Shown: positions 41,179-50,336, numbered from the stretch's first letter. The stretch is DNA of 64,000 nucleotides from Candidatus Rokubacteria bacterium GWA2_70_23 (GCA_001788395.1 MGBT01000221.1:16896-80895); one strand, 5' to 3'. The notes: generated from the letters alone by a model not told the origin. Numbers and translations: made by a program.

Positions 41179-43122
41179 ATGGTGGAAGCGACGGTTCGTC
41201 CGCGGCTCTTCTCGCCCGGAAGGATGGGGCCGATGCAGCTCCGCAACCGGGTGGTAATGGCGCCCATGGTGGTGCAGCTCGGCTCCGAGAGCGGGGCGGT
41301 CACCCAGCGCACCGTCGACTACTACGTGCGCCGGGCCGCGGGCGGCGCGGGGCTCGTCATCGTGGAGGCCAGCTACATCGCGCCGGAGGCCAAGGCCTAC
41401 GCCTGCCAGCTCGGGATAGACCGCGACGGCCTTGTCCCCGGCCACTTCGAGCTGGTCGAGGCGATCCACCGCCACGGCGCGAAGGTTGCCATCCAGATCC
41501 ATCACGGCGGCGGCCGCGCCGACCCGGCGCTGACGGGCGGCGTTCTCGTGGCCCCGTCGCCTGTCGCTCAGGACGCCCATGCCGTCGTCCCCCGCGAGGC
41601 GACCCCGCAGGAGATCGAGACGTTGGCGGAAAGCTACGCCCGCGCCGCCGGGCGGGCGCAGCGCGCGGGCTACGATGCCGTGGAAATCCACGGCGCCCAC
41701 GGCTACCTGATTCACGAGTTCCTTTCGCCCGCCTCCAACCGCCGCTCCGATGCCTACGGGGGGAGCCCGGAGAACCGCCGCCGCTTCGCCGGGCTGGTGA
41801 TCCGGCGGGTCCGCGAGGCGGTGGGCGCGCGCTTTCCGGTCCTCTTCCGGATGAGCGCCGAGGGCGGCTACGGGATCGAGACGGCCGTGGAGATCGCGCA
41901 GGCCCTGGAGGCGTGGGGTGTGGACGCCATCCATGTCTCGGTCGGCGGAACTGCCCCGATTACCCTGGTCCCGCCGGACACCAGCCCCATGGCCCGTCCC
42001 GAGGGCTGGCTCACCGGCTACGCCGCGACCCTCAAGGAGCGCGTCTCCGTGCCGATCATCGTCGTGGGGGAGATCCGTCACCCTGTCTTCGCGGAAGAGG
42101 TTCTGGCTCAGGGCAAGGCCGACTTCATCGCCCTCGGGCGGCAGCTCCTGGCCGACCCGGACTGGCCCGCCAAGGCCGAGGCCGGCAGGGACGACGAGAT
42201 TCGCCTCTGCATCTCCTGCGACTATTGCCGGCTGGCCCTGCTGTTGACACGGCCGATCCGATGCCTGGTGAACCCCGAGGTGGGCCGAGAGCGGGAGTTC
42301 TCCGCCTTCGGGCCAGCGGCCGCGCCGAAGCGCGTCATCGTCGTGGGCGGAGGCCCCGCCGGCCTGGAGGCGGCGCGGGCCGCGGCCGTGCGGGGCCACC
42401 ACGTCACGCTGTCCGAGCGCAGCGCCGAGCTCGGCGGTCAGCTCCATCTCGCCGCGCTCCCTCCCCACAAGGAGAAGATCGAGTGGCTCAGGCGATGCCT
42501 CGTCACCCAGGCGCGGAAGGCCGGGGCGGAGCTGTCTCCCTCGACGATCTTCCGGCCCGAAGGGCTGGCCGAGGGGGAGGCCGACGCCGTGGTGGTGGCA
42601 ACCGGCGCCCGCCCGGTCGAGGAGCAGGTGCCAGGCGCCCGTGCGGGCCAAGTGGTCTCGGCCTGGGAGGTGCTGGAGGGCCGTCCGCCCGCAAGGGACC
42701 TGGCGGTGGTCGTGCTGGGCGGAAGGCAGCTGGGCTGCGAGACGGCGGAGTTCCTGGCCGAGCGCGGCAACCGGGTCACCCTGGTCTCCCGCTCGCGGAC
42801 AGCGGAGCTGGCCGGCGATGTGGTGGCGAGCTACCGGGGGCCCCTCCTGGCCCGGTTGCGAAGGCTGGGGGTTGCGCTCCGCACGCGCTGCGATGTCCGC
42901 GAGGTGAGGGATGGCCAGGCCATCGTCGTGGAGGCGGGCGGCCGCGAAGAGGCCGTGGGCGCCGACCTTGTGATCCTCGCCCGCGGGTCAATGCCCGAGC
43001 CCACCTGGCTGGAGCTGCTCCGGACGAAGGTGCCTGAGGTCTACGTGGTGGGGGACTGCGTCGAGCCGCGCATGATCGCCGACGCGCTCTACGAAGGCGC
43101 CTGGGCCGGGAGCCAGATCTAG
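41179..43122 (+). CDS. Old Yellow Enzyme-type flavin oxidoreductase fused to FAD/NAD(P)-binding domain with 4Fe-4S motif (2,4-dienoyl-CoA reductase / TMADH / N-methylproline demethylase family)
   Basis: LRNRVVMAPM OYE TIM-barrel N-terminus; CISCDYC-x11-C cluster motif; C-terminal GGGPAGLEAA Rossmann; RBS GGAGG. Confidence 0.8.
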   Translation: MVEATVRPRLFSPGRMGPMQLRNRVVMAPMVVQLGSESGAVTQRTVDYYVRRAAGGAGLVIVEASYIAPEAKAYACQLGIDRDGLVPGHFELVEAIHRHGAKVAIQIHHGGGRADPALTGGVLVAPSPVAQDAHAVVPREATPQEIETLAESYARAAGRAQRAGYDAVEIHGAHGYLIHEFLSPASNRRSDAYGGSPENRRRFAGLVIRRVREAVGARFPVLFRMSAEGGYGIETAVEIAQALEAWGVDAIHVSVGGTAPITLVPPDTSPMARPEGWLTGYAATLKERVSVPIIVVGEIRHPVFAEEVLAQGKADFIALGRQLLADPDWPAKAEAGRDDEIRLCISCDYCRLALLLTRPIRCLVNPEVGREREFSAFGPAAAPKRVIVVGGGPAGLEAARAAAVRGHHVTLSERSAELGGQLHLAALPPHKEKIEWLRRCLVTQARKAGAELSPSTIFRPEGLAEGEADAVVVATGARPVEEQVPGARAGQVVSAWEVLEGRPPARDLAVVVLGGRQLGCETAEFLAERGNRVTLVSRSRTAELAGDVVASYRGPLLARLRRLGVALRTRCDVREVRDGQAIVVEAGGREEAVGADLVILARGSMPEPTWLELLRTKVPEVYVVGDCVEPRMIADALYEGAWAGSQI

Positions 43123-43217
43123 CGTCACTCCTTGGGGCTCGGAACGGGGTCTCCGCTGGGGTCCTGGGATCGCGTTATACTCGCCCGGAACCCCGGTCGC
43201 TGACTCACGCAGGTGTG

Positions 43218-43585
43218 AGCTCATCTTCCGCGGCTTCGCGGTGGCCGGCTGCGAGCCGGACGAGATGGGGATCGGGCCCGTGTTCGCGGTGCCGAAGCTC
43301 CTCAAGCGGCACGGGCTCACGGTGGACGATATCGACGTGTGGGAGCTGAACGAGGCCTTCGCCGTGCAGGTGGTCTACTGCCGCGACCGGCTCGGTCTCG
43401 ATCCCGACACGCTCAACGTCAACGGGGGCTCGGTCTCCATCGGCCATCCCTTCGGCATGACGGGCTCGCGGATGGTGGGCACCATCGCCAACGAGATGCT
43501 CCGGCGCCGGGCGCGCTACGGCGTGGTGACGATGTGCATCGGGGGCGGCCAGGGCGCAGCCGGCCTCTTCGAGGCCTGCCTGTAG
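43218..43585 (+). pseudogene. Remnant: C-terminal about 120 codons of acetyl-CoA C-acyltransferase (thiolase)
   Basis: ...MGIGPV...DIDVWELNEAFAVQ...NVNGGSVSIGHPFGMTGSRM...MCIGGGQGAAGLFE matches thiolase C-terminal domain; no N-terminal domain upstream. Confidence 0.6.
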
Positions 43586-43669
43586 GGACTCCTGGCGCTG
43601 GGGGTGGTTGTCACGGGTGCCCCCGTTTGGTATGATGCGCGTGCTTTCGCCCGCAGGGATGAGCGTTTC

Positions 43670-43748
43670 GACCCCGTCGTCTAGTCTGGCCAAGGACGCG
43701 ACCCTTTCAAGGTCGAGATCGCGGGTTCGAATCCCGCCGGGGTCACCA
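43670..43748 (+). tRNA. tRNA-Glu (anticodon TTC)
   Basis: Acceptor GACCCCG/CGGGGTC, anticodon stem CGACC/GGTCG with loop CTTTCAA, T-loop TTCGAAT, encoded CCA. Confidence 0.8.
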
Positions 43749-43772
43749 CTCTCCTCGTGGTTGGGGGGTTGC

Positions 43773-43994
43773 ATGGAAAGGCCGGGCATCCGTGAGCTGG
43801 TCGGGCGGGCGATGCTCGACAAGGAGTTCCTGGCCGAGCTCGTGCGCGATCCGTCGGCCGTGCTTGCCGGCTACGGCCTCGAGGCCGAGGAGCGTGCGGC
43901 GGTGATGAAGGCCGTGGCCCGCACCGGCAAGACGTCGGACGCGGAGCGGACTCGGGCACTGCAGACCATCATGATGAAGCGCTGGGCGACGTAG
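43773..43994 (+). CDS. Small protein (73 aa) resembling Nif11/NHLP-type leader domain
   Basis: ...AMLDKEFLAELVRDPSAVLAGYGLEAEERAAV... fits the DxxFxxxLxxDPxAxL..G leader motif of NHLP/Nif11 precursor families; no Cys-rich core or GG site. Confidence 0.45.
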   Translation: MERPGIRELVGRAMLDKEFLAELVRDPSAVLAGYGLEAEERAAVMKAVARTGKTSDAERTRALQTIMMKRWAT

Positions 43995-44034
43995 CGGCGT
44001 GCGCTGCCTTCCTTCGATCAGCGGACATCGCTGA

Positions 44035-44541
44035 GTGGCCAAGCCGGCCGACCTCCCCTTCCTGCGGCAGGTGCTCCTGTTCAGGGACATCGCCGACCCG
44101 GAGCTGCTGGCCCTGTGGCCCTGGCTCCAGGAGCGGCGGCTGCGCGCGGGGGAGGTGCTCTTCCGGGAAGGCGATACCGGCAGCGAGATGTTCCTGATCC
44201 GGTCCGGGAGCGTGGTGATCTCCAAGCGCGTCACGGGGCGCGTCGAGCAGGTGCTGGCGCGGTTCGGGCCGGCCGACTTCTTCGGGGAGATGAGCCTCTT
44301 CGACCGGCTGCCGCGCTCGGCCACCGTGCAGGCCGACACCGACACCGTGCTCCTCGGCCTCACCGGCGACAACCTCGACCGGCTCATCGAGAGCAGCCCC
44401 CGCGCGGCCACCGCGTTCTTCTACCAGCTCGTCCAGGTGTTCATCAAGCGGCTCCGCGACTCGGGCGATCTCGTGGCGGAGGTGACGCGCTGGGGGCTCG
44501 AGGCCACGGGGCTCGACATCGAGCACACCTCGCCCGGATGA
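44035..44541 (+). CDS. Cyclic-nucleotide-binding domain protein (CRP/FNR effector domain only, no HTH)
   Basis: ...GEVLFREGDTGSEMFLIRSGSVVIS...FFGEMSLFDRLPRSATVQA... cNMP-binding beta-roll; 168 aa. Confidence 0.75.
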   Translation: MAKPADLPFLRQVLLFRDIADPELLALWPWLQERRLRAGEVLFREGDTGSEMFLIRSGSVVISKRVTGRVEQVLARFGPADFFGEMSLFDRLPRSATVQADTDTVLLGLTGDNLDRLIESSPRAATAFFYQLVQVFIKRLRDSGDLVAEVTRWGLEATGLDIEHTSPG

Positions 44542-44545
44542 TGCG

Positions 44546-45769
44546 GTGACCGCCCGCAAGTCCAAGATCGAGCTCCTCGTCCGGGACGAGGCCGGTGACA
44601 GGTTCCGGATCCAGAAGGTTGAGAGCGGGCTCGCCTACCTCCAGCATCGTCCCCAGCGGATTCCCCTCGAGCAGTGCGAGCTCGCCGAGATGCGTTCCGG
44701 GTTGCGCAAGGCCACGTCCTACGTGCTGAAGAACCGCAAGACCGAGCACTACATCCAGCTGACCGAGCCGGAGAAGTTCCTGTGGGAGCAGATGGACGGG
44801 CAGGCCTCGCTCCAGGAGATGGCAACCGCCTACGTGCTGCGCTATGGCGCCTTCGACTTCGACATCATTCCGAGCCTCATCTCCAAGCTCCGCCGCGCCG
44901 AGCTCCTGACGATGCGCCCGGCGTCACGGCTGAGGGAGGTGCTGTCCCGCCACCGGCGCAACCCGGCGGTGCGGGCGGCCGAGGCCGCCCTCAAGGCCCT
45001 CGAGAAGCTCACCGTGACAAGCCGCCGGGCGCACACCCTCTTCGAGCGCGTGTACCGCTACGGCGCCTTCCTCCTCTTCACGCCGTTCATGGGGGCGGGG
45101 CTCGTCCTCATCACGGGGCTCGGCGTCCGCGGGGCCGTCCTGCTCTGGGCGGACCGGAGCGAGGTGACCGCGGCGCTGGCGGCCCATCCCATCGCGGCGA
45201 TCCTGCTCGTCAAGCTCTTCTTCTGGCTCACGGTGATCAGCCACCAGATGGTGCACGCGCTGGCCCTCGTCCATTACGGGCGGCGAGTCCGCGAGTTCGG
45301 CTTCACCATGCTCCACGGTTTTATCCCGACCTTCTACGCCGACGTGACCGACATCTTCATGGGCACGCGCCGCGCCCGGCTCGTGGCTGCGCTGGCGGGG
45401 CCGCTGGTGCACCTGTTCCTCGGGGCCTTCTACCTCTGGATCGCAAGCCTGCTGGGGCCCGGGCTGCTCAAGGGCTTCCTCGCCGCCTCGGCCATCCTGC
45501 AGCTGCAGTCGCTGTTCGTGAGCCTCTACCCGTTCTGCTTCCTCGAGATGGACGGCTATCACGTCCTGGTGGATCTGCTGGGCATGCCCACCCTCAACCA
45601 CGAGTCCGTGAGTTTCGTCCGCCACTCGCTCTGGCGGCGGCTCGTGAAGGGGGTCGGGCTCAACCGCCAGGAAGTCGTCTACGTGTCCTACGTGTTCCTC
45701 TCGGCCGCCTCCATCGTGGCCTTCGTCGGGCTCAACGTGTGGGTGCTGTTCCGCGCGGGCGCCTCCTGA
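44546..45769 (+). CDS. Membrane protein: N-terminal PqqD-like (RRE-like) cytoplasmic domain fused to M50/site-2-protease-like polytopic domain with HQxxH instead of HExxH
   Basis: HYIQLTEPEKFLWEQMDGQASLQEMATAYV resembles PqqD fold; TM segment SHQMVHALALVHYG and later FLEMDGYHVL resemble M50 HExxH and LDG motifs with E to Q. Confidence 0.45.
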   Translation: MTARKSKIELLVRDEAGDRFRIQKVESGLAYLQHRPQRIPLEQCELAEMRSGLRKATSYVLKNRKTEHYIQLTEPEKFLWEQMDGQASLQEMATAYVLRYGAFDFDIIPSLISKLRRAELLTMRPASRLREVLSRHRRNPAVRAAEAALKALEKLTVTSRRAHTLFERVYRYGAFLLFTPFMGAGLVLITGLGVRGAVLLWADRSEVTAALAAHPIAAILLVKLFFWLTVISHQMVHALALVHYGRRVREFGFTMLHGFIPTFYADVTDIFMGTRRARLVAALAGPLVHLFLGAFYLWIASLLGPGLLKGFLAASAILQLQSLFVSLYPFCFLEMDGYHVLVDLLGMPTLNHESVSFVRHSLWRRLVKGVGLNRQEVVYVSYVFLSAASIVAFVGLNVWVLFRAGAS

Positions 45770-45786
45770 AGCCCGCGGTCGGGGTG

Positions 45787-46428
45787 ATGGCGAAGGTCCC
45801 GGGGCTCGAGCCCGTGAAGTCGCGGCTCCATCAGGCGCTCACCCAGGAGATGGCCACGGTCCTCTACCGCTGCTTCCTCCTGGACCGGCTCGAAGCGCTT
45901 GCGACGCTGCCCGGGATCGATGCGCTGGCGGCCTTCACGCCGCCCACCGGCCGGGCGCGCATGGTGGCGCTCGCCCCGGAGGGTTTCCGGCTCGTGGCCC
46001 AGCAGGGGAGAGATCTGGGAGAGCGGCTGTCGAATCTCCTGGCGGGCCTCCTCGCCAGCGGGCACCCCGGCGCCATGGCCATCGACAGCGATAGCCCGAC
46101 ACTGCCGATGGCGCATGTGCGCGAGGCGGCGGAGGTCCTGGCCCGGGGCGCGGCCGATCTGGTGCTGGGCCCGTCAGACGACGGCGGCTACTACCTCGTC
46201 GGGCTCCGCCGGGGAGCACCTGGCCTCTTCGAGGGAATCCCCTGGAGCACGGATCGTGTCCTGCCCCTGACGATCGAGAAGGCCGGCCGGCTCGGGCTCA
46301 GGACGCACCTCCTGCCCGAGTGGTTCGACGTGGACACGGAGGCGGACCTGCGGCGCCTCCACGCCGCGCTCCTCGCGGGCGAGGGTCCGCGGCGCACGCG
46401 GCGTTGCCTCGAGGCGATCTACGGGTGA
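45787..46428 (+). CDS. DUF2064 family transferase (GT-A-like, rSAM/selenodomain-associated transferase family)
   Basis: MAKVPGLEPVKSRLHQALTQEMATVLYRCFLLDRLEAL matches DUF2064 N-terminus; in frame within track ORF 44674. Confidence 0.6.
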   Translation: MAKVPGLEPVKSRLHQALTQEMATVLYRCFLLDRLEALATLPGIDALAAFTPPTGRARMVALAPEGFRLVAQQGRDLGERLSNLLAGLLASGHPGAMAIDSDSPTLPMAHVREAAEVLARGAADLVLGPSDDGGYYLVGLRRGAPGLFEGIPWSTDRVLPLTIEKAGRLGLRTHLLPEWFDVDTEADLRRLHAALLAGEGPRRTRRCLEAIYG

Positions 46429-46460
46429 GTGCGCGGTCCATCCCGAGCGTTGATGGTACA

Positions 46461-46865
46461 ATGCGACCCGTGCGAGCCCTCCTGGTCGTGTGCGGCCTCC
46501 TGCTCGGCGCCTGCGCGTCCACGGGCGGTTTGCCGCGCCAGCCCTTCACCGACGTTCCCGTCGGCGCGGAGTGGCAGCCGTACTCGCGCGACTGGGTCGT
46601 GATCGAGACGCCCGGTGTCACGGCCGCCAAGCTGATCTACTTCACCAAGACCGGCGTGGATGCGACCCTCGCCGAGGTGCGCCGGCTCATGCCCCAGAGC
46701 GGGTGGAAAGAGAGGGCCACCGAGCGCTTCGTGAACCCCGAGGGCTTCAAGGGCCAGTGGGCGGAATACGCGAAGGGCGCGGATGTCTGCCGCGTGACCG
46801 TCATCGAGGGGGCGAGCGCCACCCACGTGGACCTGACTCTCGCCCGGCGCCCGGCCACGCGCTGA
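46461..46865 (+). CDS. Small lipoprotein
   Basis: MRPVRALLVVCGLLLGAC lipobox; 134 aa. Confidence 0.5.
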   Translation: MRPVRALLVVCGLLLGACASTGGLPRQPFTDVPVGAEWQPYSRDWVVIETPGVTAAKLIYFTKTGVDATLAEVRRLMPQSGWKERATERFVNPEGFKGQWAEYAKGADVCRVTVIEGASATHVDLTLARRPATR

Positions 46866-48304
46866 TGGCGGGCGCCGACCTGGCCTGGCGCTCGGCCATG
46901 GAGCTGGCCGGGCTCATCCGCGACAAGCAGGCCTCCCCGGTCGAGGTGACGGACGCCGTCCTGGCGCGGATCGCCGCGCTGAACCCCCGGATCAACGCCT
47001 TCTGCACCGTCGCGGAGGAAGAGGCGCGGGACGCGGCCCTGGCGGCGGAGGTGGCCGTGCTCTCCGGGGAGCCGCTGCCGCCGCTCCACGGCGTGCCGGT
47101 CTCGGTGAAGGACCTGATCTTCACCCGGCGCATCCGGACGACGGGCGGCTCCCGCCTGTTCGCCGACCACGATCCCGAGGAGGACGCCGTCAGCGTCGAG
47201 CGGCTCAGGGCGGCGGGCGCCGTCATCGTCGGCAAGACCACGACGCCGGAGTTCGGCCACAAGGGCATGACCGACAGTCCCCTCTGCGGCGTCACGCGCA
47301 ATCCCTGGAACCTGGAGATGACGCCGGGCGGGTCGAGCGGCGGCGCCGCCGCGGCCGTGGCGGCCGGGCTGGCCCCGCTGGCTCTGGGGACGGATGGCGG
47401 CGGCTCCATCCGCCTCCCCGCCTCGTTCTGCGGGGTCTACGGGCTCAAGCCCTCATTCGGGCGCGTGCCCTCCGGGCCCGGCTTCCCCGGGTGGGAGACC
47501 TTCTCCCACACCGGGCCCATGACGAGGACGGTCCGCGACGCCGCGCTCATGCTCGACGCCCTCGCCGGTCCCGACGACCGAGACCGCCATTCGCTGCCGG
47601 CCGATCCGGGCGGCTCCTTCCTCGCGGCGTGTGATGCGGGCATCGCCGGCCTGAGCGTCGCCTGGTCCCCCGATCTCGGCCGCGCGCGGGTGGACCCCGA
47701 GGTGGCGGAGCTGTGCGAGCGGGCCGCCGTGCAGCTCGAGTCGCTCGGCTGCCACGTGGAAGTGGTCATGCCCACCTGGGATGATCCCGAGGAGATCTTC
47801 CGCGTGATGGCGGCGGCCGAGACGTTCGCCGCCTGGGGCGACCGGCTGGCCGATGCTTCGCGGGACCTCGACCGGACGCTCGTTGCGCTGCTGCGCTTCG
47901 GCCGTACCGTCACGGCGGAGCAGTACCTCACGGCCGCGCGCCGGCGGCGCGAGCTCTGGGGCGAGGCGCAGCGCTTCCTGGCGCGCTTCGATCTCCTCAT
48001 CACGCCGACGATGCCGGTGCCGGCCTTCGCGGCGGCAGGGCTCCCGCCCAAGCAGATCAACGGCCGGGAGATCTCGCCGCTGGGCTGGCTGCCCTTCACG
48101 TTCCCCTTCAATCTCACCGGGCAGCCCGCGGCCACGGTCCCCGCGGGCTTCACGGCGGCGGGGCTGCCGGTGGGGCTCCAGATCGTCGGACGGCGGCACG
48201 CGGACCGCACCGTGCTCGCCGCCTCCGCCGCGTTCGAGGCCGCCGCGCCGTGGAGCCATCACCGGCCGGGTCCCGATCTCCGCCCGCCTCGCGGTTGCGG
48301 CTGA
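46865..48304 (+). CDS. Amidase (amidase-signature family), paralog of 3742..5157
   Basis: GGSSGGAAAAVAAGLAPLALGTDGGGSIRLPAS; C-terminus LPFTFPFNLTG...LQIVGRR shared with first amidase. Confidence 0.85.
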   Translation: MAGADLAWRSAMELAGLIRDKQASPVEVTDAVLARIAALNPRINAFCTVAEEEARDAALAAEVAVLSGEPLPPLHGVPVSVKDLIFTRRIRTTGGSRLFADHDPEEDAVSVERLRAAGAVIVGKTTTPEFGHKGMTDSPLCGVTRNPWNLEMTPGGSSGGAAAAVAAGLAPLALGTDGGGSIRLPASFCGVYGLKPSFGRVPSGPGFPGWETFSHTGPMTRTVRDAALMLDALAGPDDRDRHSLPADPGGSFLAACDAGIAGLSVAWSPDLGRARVDPEVAELCERAAVQLESLGCHVEVVMPTWDDPEEIFRVMAAAETFAAWGDRLADASRDLDRTLVALLRFGRTVTAEQYLTAARRRRELWGEAQRFLARFDLLITPTMPVPAFAAAGLPPKQINGREISPLGWLPFTFPFNLTGQPAATVPAGFTAAGLPVGLQIVGRRHADRTVLAASAAFEAAAPWSHHRPGPDLRPPRGCG

Positions 48305-48485
48305 TCCTCATCTGTCTCGGCGGGGCGCATGATGCAGGGCGGGCTCATCACCATGGAGAGGGTGCGCATGCTCAAGTACGACAAGCCGAAGGGGCGCAAT
48401 TGACATCGCCCGATGCTTGTCGGAGTATCCCTCTGGCGCCCCGCGCCCCGCGGGGTGGGTGAGTCAGGGAGGCCTCGGAAGACAG

Positions 48486-49547
48486 ATGCCGGCGCGGGGT
48501 TACGATGCCATCGTGGTCGGAGCCAGCTTCGCGGGGCTCGGCGTGGCGCGCCAGCTCCGCGGCGACGTCTTGCTCCTCGACCGCAACGAGGTGGGCGCCG
48601 TCCAGACCTCCGCGTGTGGCACGCCGCTCTGGGTCCCCCAGACGCTCGGGGTGGCGGACAGCGTGCTCCAGGTTCACGAGCGCCTGACGGTTCGCACCCC
48701 GGGGCGGACGGTGACCTACGACCTGTCGGCCGTGCCCTTCTGCACCTTCGACTACAAGGCGTTCTGCCAGGGGCTGCTCGGCCAGTGCCGCGCCCGCTTT
48801 CTCCGGACGCCGGTGACCGGGGTCGAGGAGGGGGCCGTGATCACCGGCGAGGGGCGGTTCAGCGCGCCGGTGGTGATCGACTGCTCCGGGTGGCGCCGCG
48901 CCGTGGTCAACGGCGGCGAGGCGGAGCGCCCGCGCGGCGGCGCCTACTCCTTCGGCCTCGAGGCGCGCGCCGATCTCACGGGGGAGGGGCTCTCCTTCTG
49001 GCTCGACAAGGGGCTGATCCACCGCGGGCTGGGCTGGATCTTCCCGGCCGGGGCGCAGAGCCTCGTCGGCCTGGGCTCCTACGCGGGCGCCTCCAAGCTC
49101 AAGCCTGCCCTGGAGCGCTTCCTGTCCGACCACGGCGTGGCCGCCACCAGCTTCCACGGCACCTACTTCCCGAACCGGCTCCTGCGGCCCACCGTCGGGC
49201 GCCTGTTCGCCGTGGGGGACGCCGCCGGGCAGTGCATGCCGTTCACCGCCGAGGGCATCCGCCCGGCACTCTACTTCGGTGGAGAGTGCGGCAAGATCGT
49301 GCAGGAGGTGATCGAGGGCCGGCTGACCCTGGCCGACGGCCTCGAGCGCTACCGCCGGCTCGTGGGACGCTACCGGCGCGCGTACCGCGTCCTCTGGCTG
49401 GCGCAGCTGTTCGCGATGCACGCCCCGACGCGCTGGTTCGCGGCCTTCACGAGCCTGGCCGCGCGGCATCCGGTGCTTCCCCGCTGGTGGCCCCGCTACG
49501 CGCGCTTCGGCCGCATGGACCCGGCGCCCGTGGCCATCGTGACATGA
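48486..49547 (+). CDS. FAD-dependent oxidoreductase, geranylgeranyl-reductase-like family
   Basis: YDAIVVGASFAGLGVA dinucleotide fold; size about 350 aa; start chosen at MPARGYD. Confidence 0.65.
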   Translation: MPARGYDAIVVGASFAGLGVARQLRGDVLLLDRNEVGAVQTSACGTPLWVPQTLGVADSVLQVHERLTVRTPGRTVTYDLSAVPFCTFDYKAFCQGLLGQCRARFLRTPVTGVEEGAVITGEGRFSAPVVIDCSGWRRAVVNGGEAERPRGGAYSFGLEARADLTGEGLSFWLDKGLIHRGLGWIFPAGAQSLVGLGSYAGASKLKPALERFLSDHGVAATSFHGTYFPNRLLRPTVGRLFAVGDAAGQCMPFTAEGIRPALYFGGECGKIVQEVIEGRLTLADGLERYRRLVGRYRRAYRVLWLAQLFAMHAPTRWFAAFTSLAARHPVLPRWWPRYARFGRMDPAPVAIVT

Positions 49548-49583
49548 GGGCCCGCACGGGGGCCGCGCGCCGGCCATGAGGCG

Positions 49584-50306
49584 ATGCGCGGCCTGATCTC
49601 CCGCTACCGCTGGACGATCGTCGTTGCCGGCTCCGTCTTCCTCGCGGCGCTCTCTCTGTGGCTGCTCCTCGCCCGCAACCTCGCCGGCTACAGCCTTCTC
49701 CTCCGCCTCTACCAGGACAAGGAGTTCCTCAAGCGGACGCTCCGGGAGTGGGGAATCCTGGCGCCCGTGATCTTCATGATCATCCAGGCGCTGCAGGTGA
49801 TCATCTCTCCCATCCCCGGCGAGGCCACCGGCTTCCTCGGGGGCTATCTCTTCGGGGTGTGGCTCGGCTTCATCTACTCCACCATCGGGCTGGCGGCGGG
49901 CTCGGTGGCGGCCTTCGGCGTGGGCCGCTGGCTCGGCGCGCGCTTCGTCCGCAACCTGGTGAGCAAGGCGATGTGGGACCGCCTCGGGTTCATCGTCGAG
50001 GCCGAAGGGGCGATCCTCTGCTTCATCATCTACCTCATTCCCGGCCTGCCGAAGGACATGGTCTCCTACCTCTTCGGGATCAGCCCGATGCCCATGTGGG
50101 TGTTCGCGGTGGTCTCGGGGCTCGGCCGGATGCCCGGCACCTGGGTCCTGTCGGCCCAGGGCTCCCAGACGGCGGCCGGCCAGTACGTCCAGGTGGTGCT
50201 CATCTCCGCCATTGCCGTGGCCGTGGCCCTGCCGCTCTACTACTACCGCCACCGCATCGTCGAGTGGTTCGGGTCGCGCAAGGGTCAGGGGTCGGGCAAA
50301 CCCTGA
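49584..50306 (+). CDS. DedA/TVP38/TMEM64 family membrane protein
   Basis: ...PIPGEATGFLGGYLFG... signature; about 5 TM; 240 aa. Confidence 0.8.
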   Translation: MRGLISRYRWTIVVAGSVFLAALSLWLLLARNLAGYSLLLRLYQDKEFLKRTLREWGILAPVIFMIIQALQVIISPIPGEATGFLGGYLFGVWLGFIYSTIGLAAGSVAAFGVGRWLGARFVRNLVSKAMWDRLGFIVEAEGAILCFIIYLIPGLPKDMVSYLFGISPMPMWVFAVVSGLGRMPGTWVLSAQGSQTAAGQYVQVVLISAIAVAVALPLYYYRHRIVEWFGSRKGQGSGKP

Positions 50307-50336
50307 TCCCGCAGCAACCCGCTAACTGAGCAATCT

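Noticed and set aside
43608-43994. 128-aa ORF spanning tRNA-Glu
   Set aside because: The 5' portion overlaps the tRNA. Only the part from ATG 43773 (73 aa) is a plausible protein.
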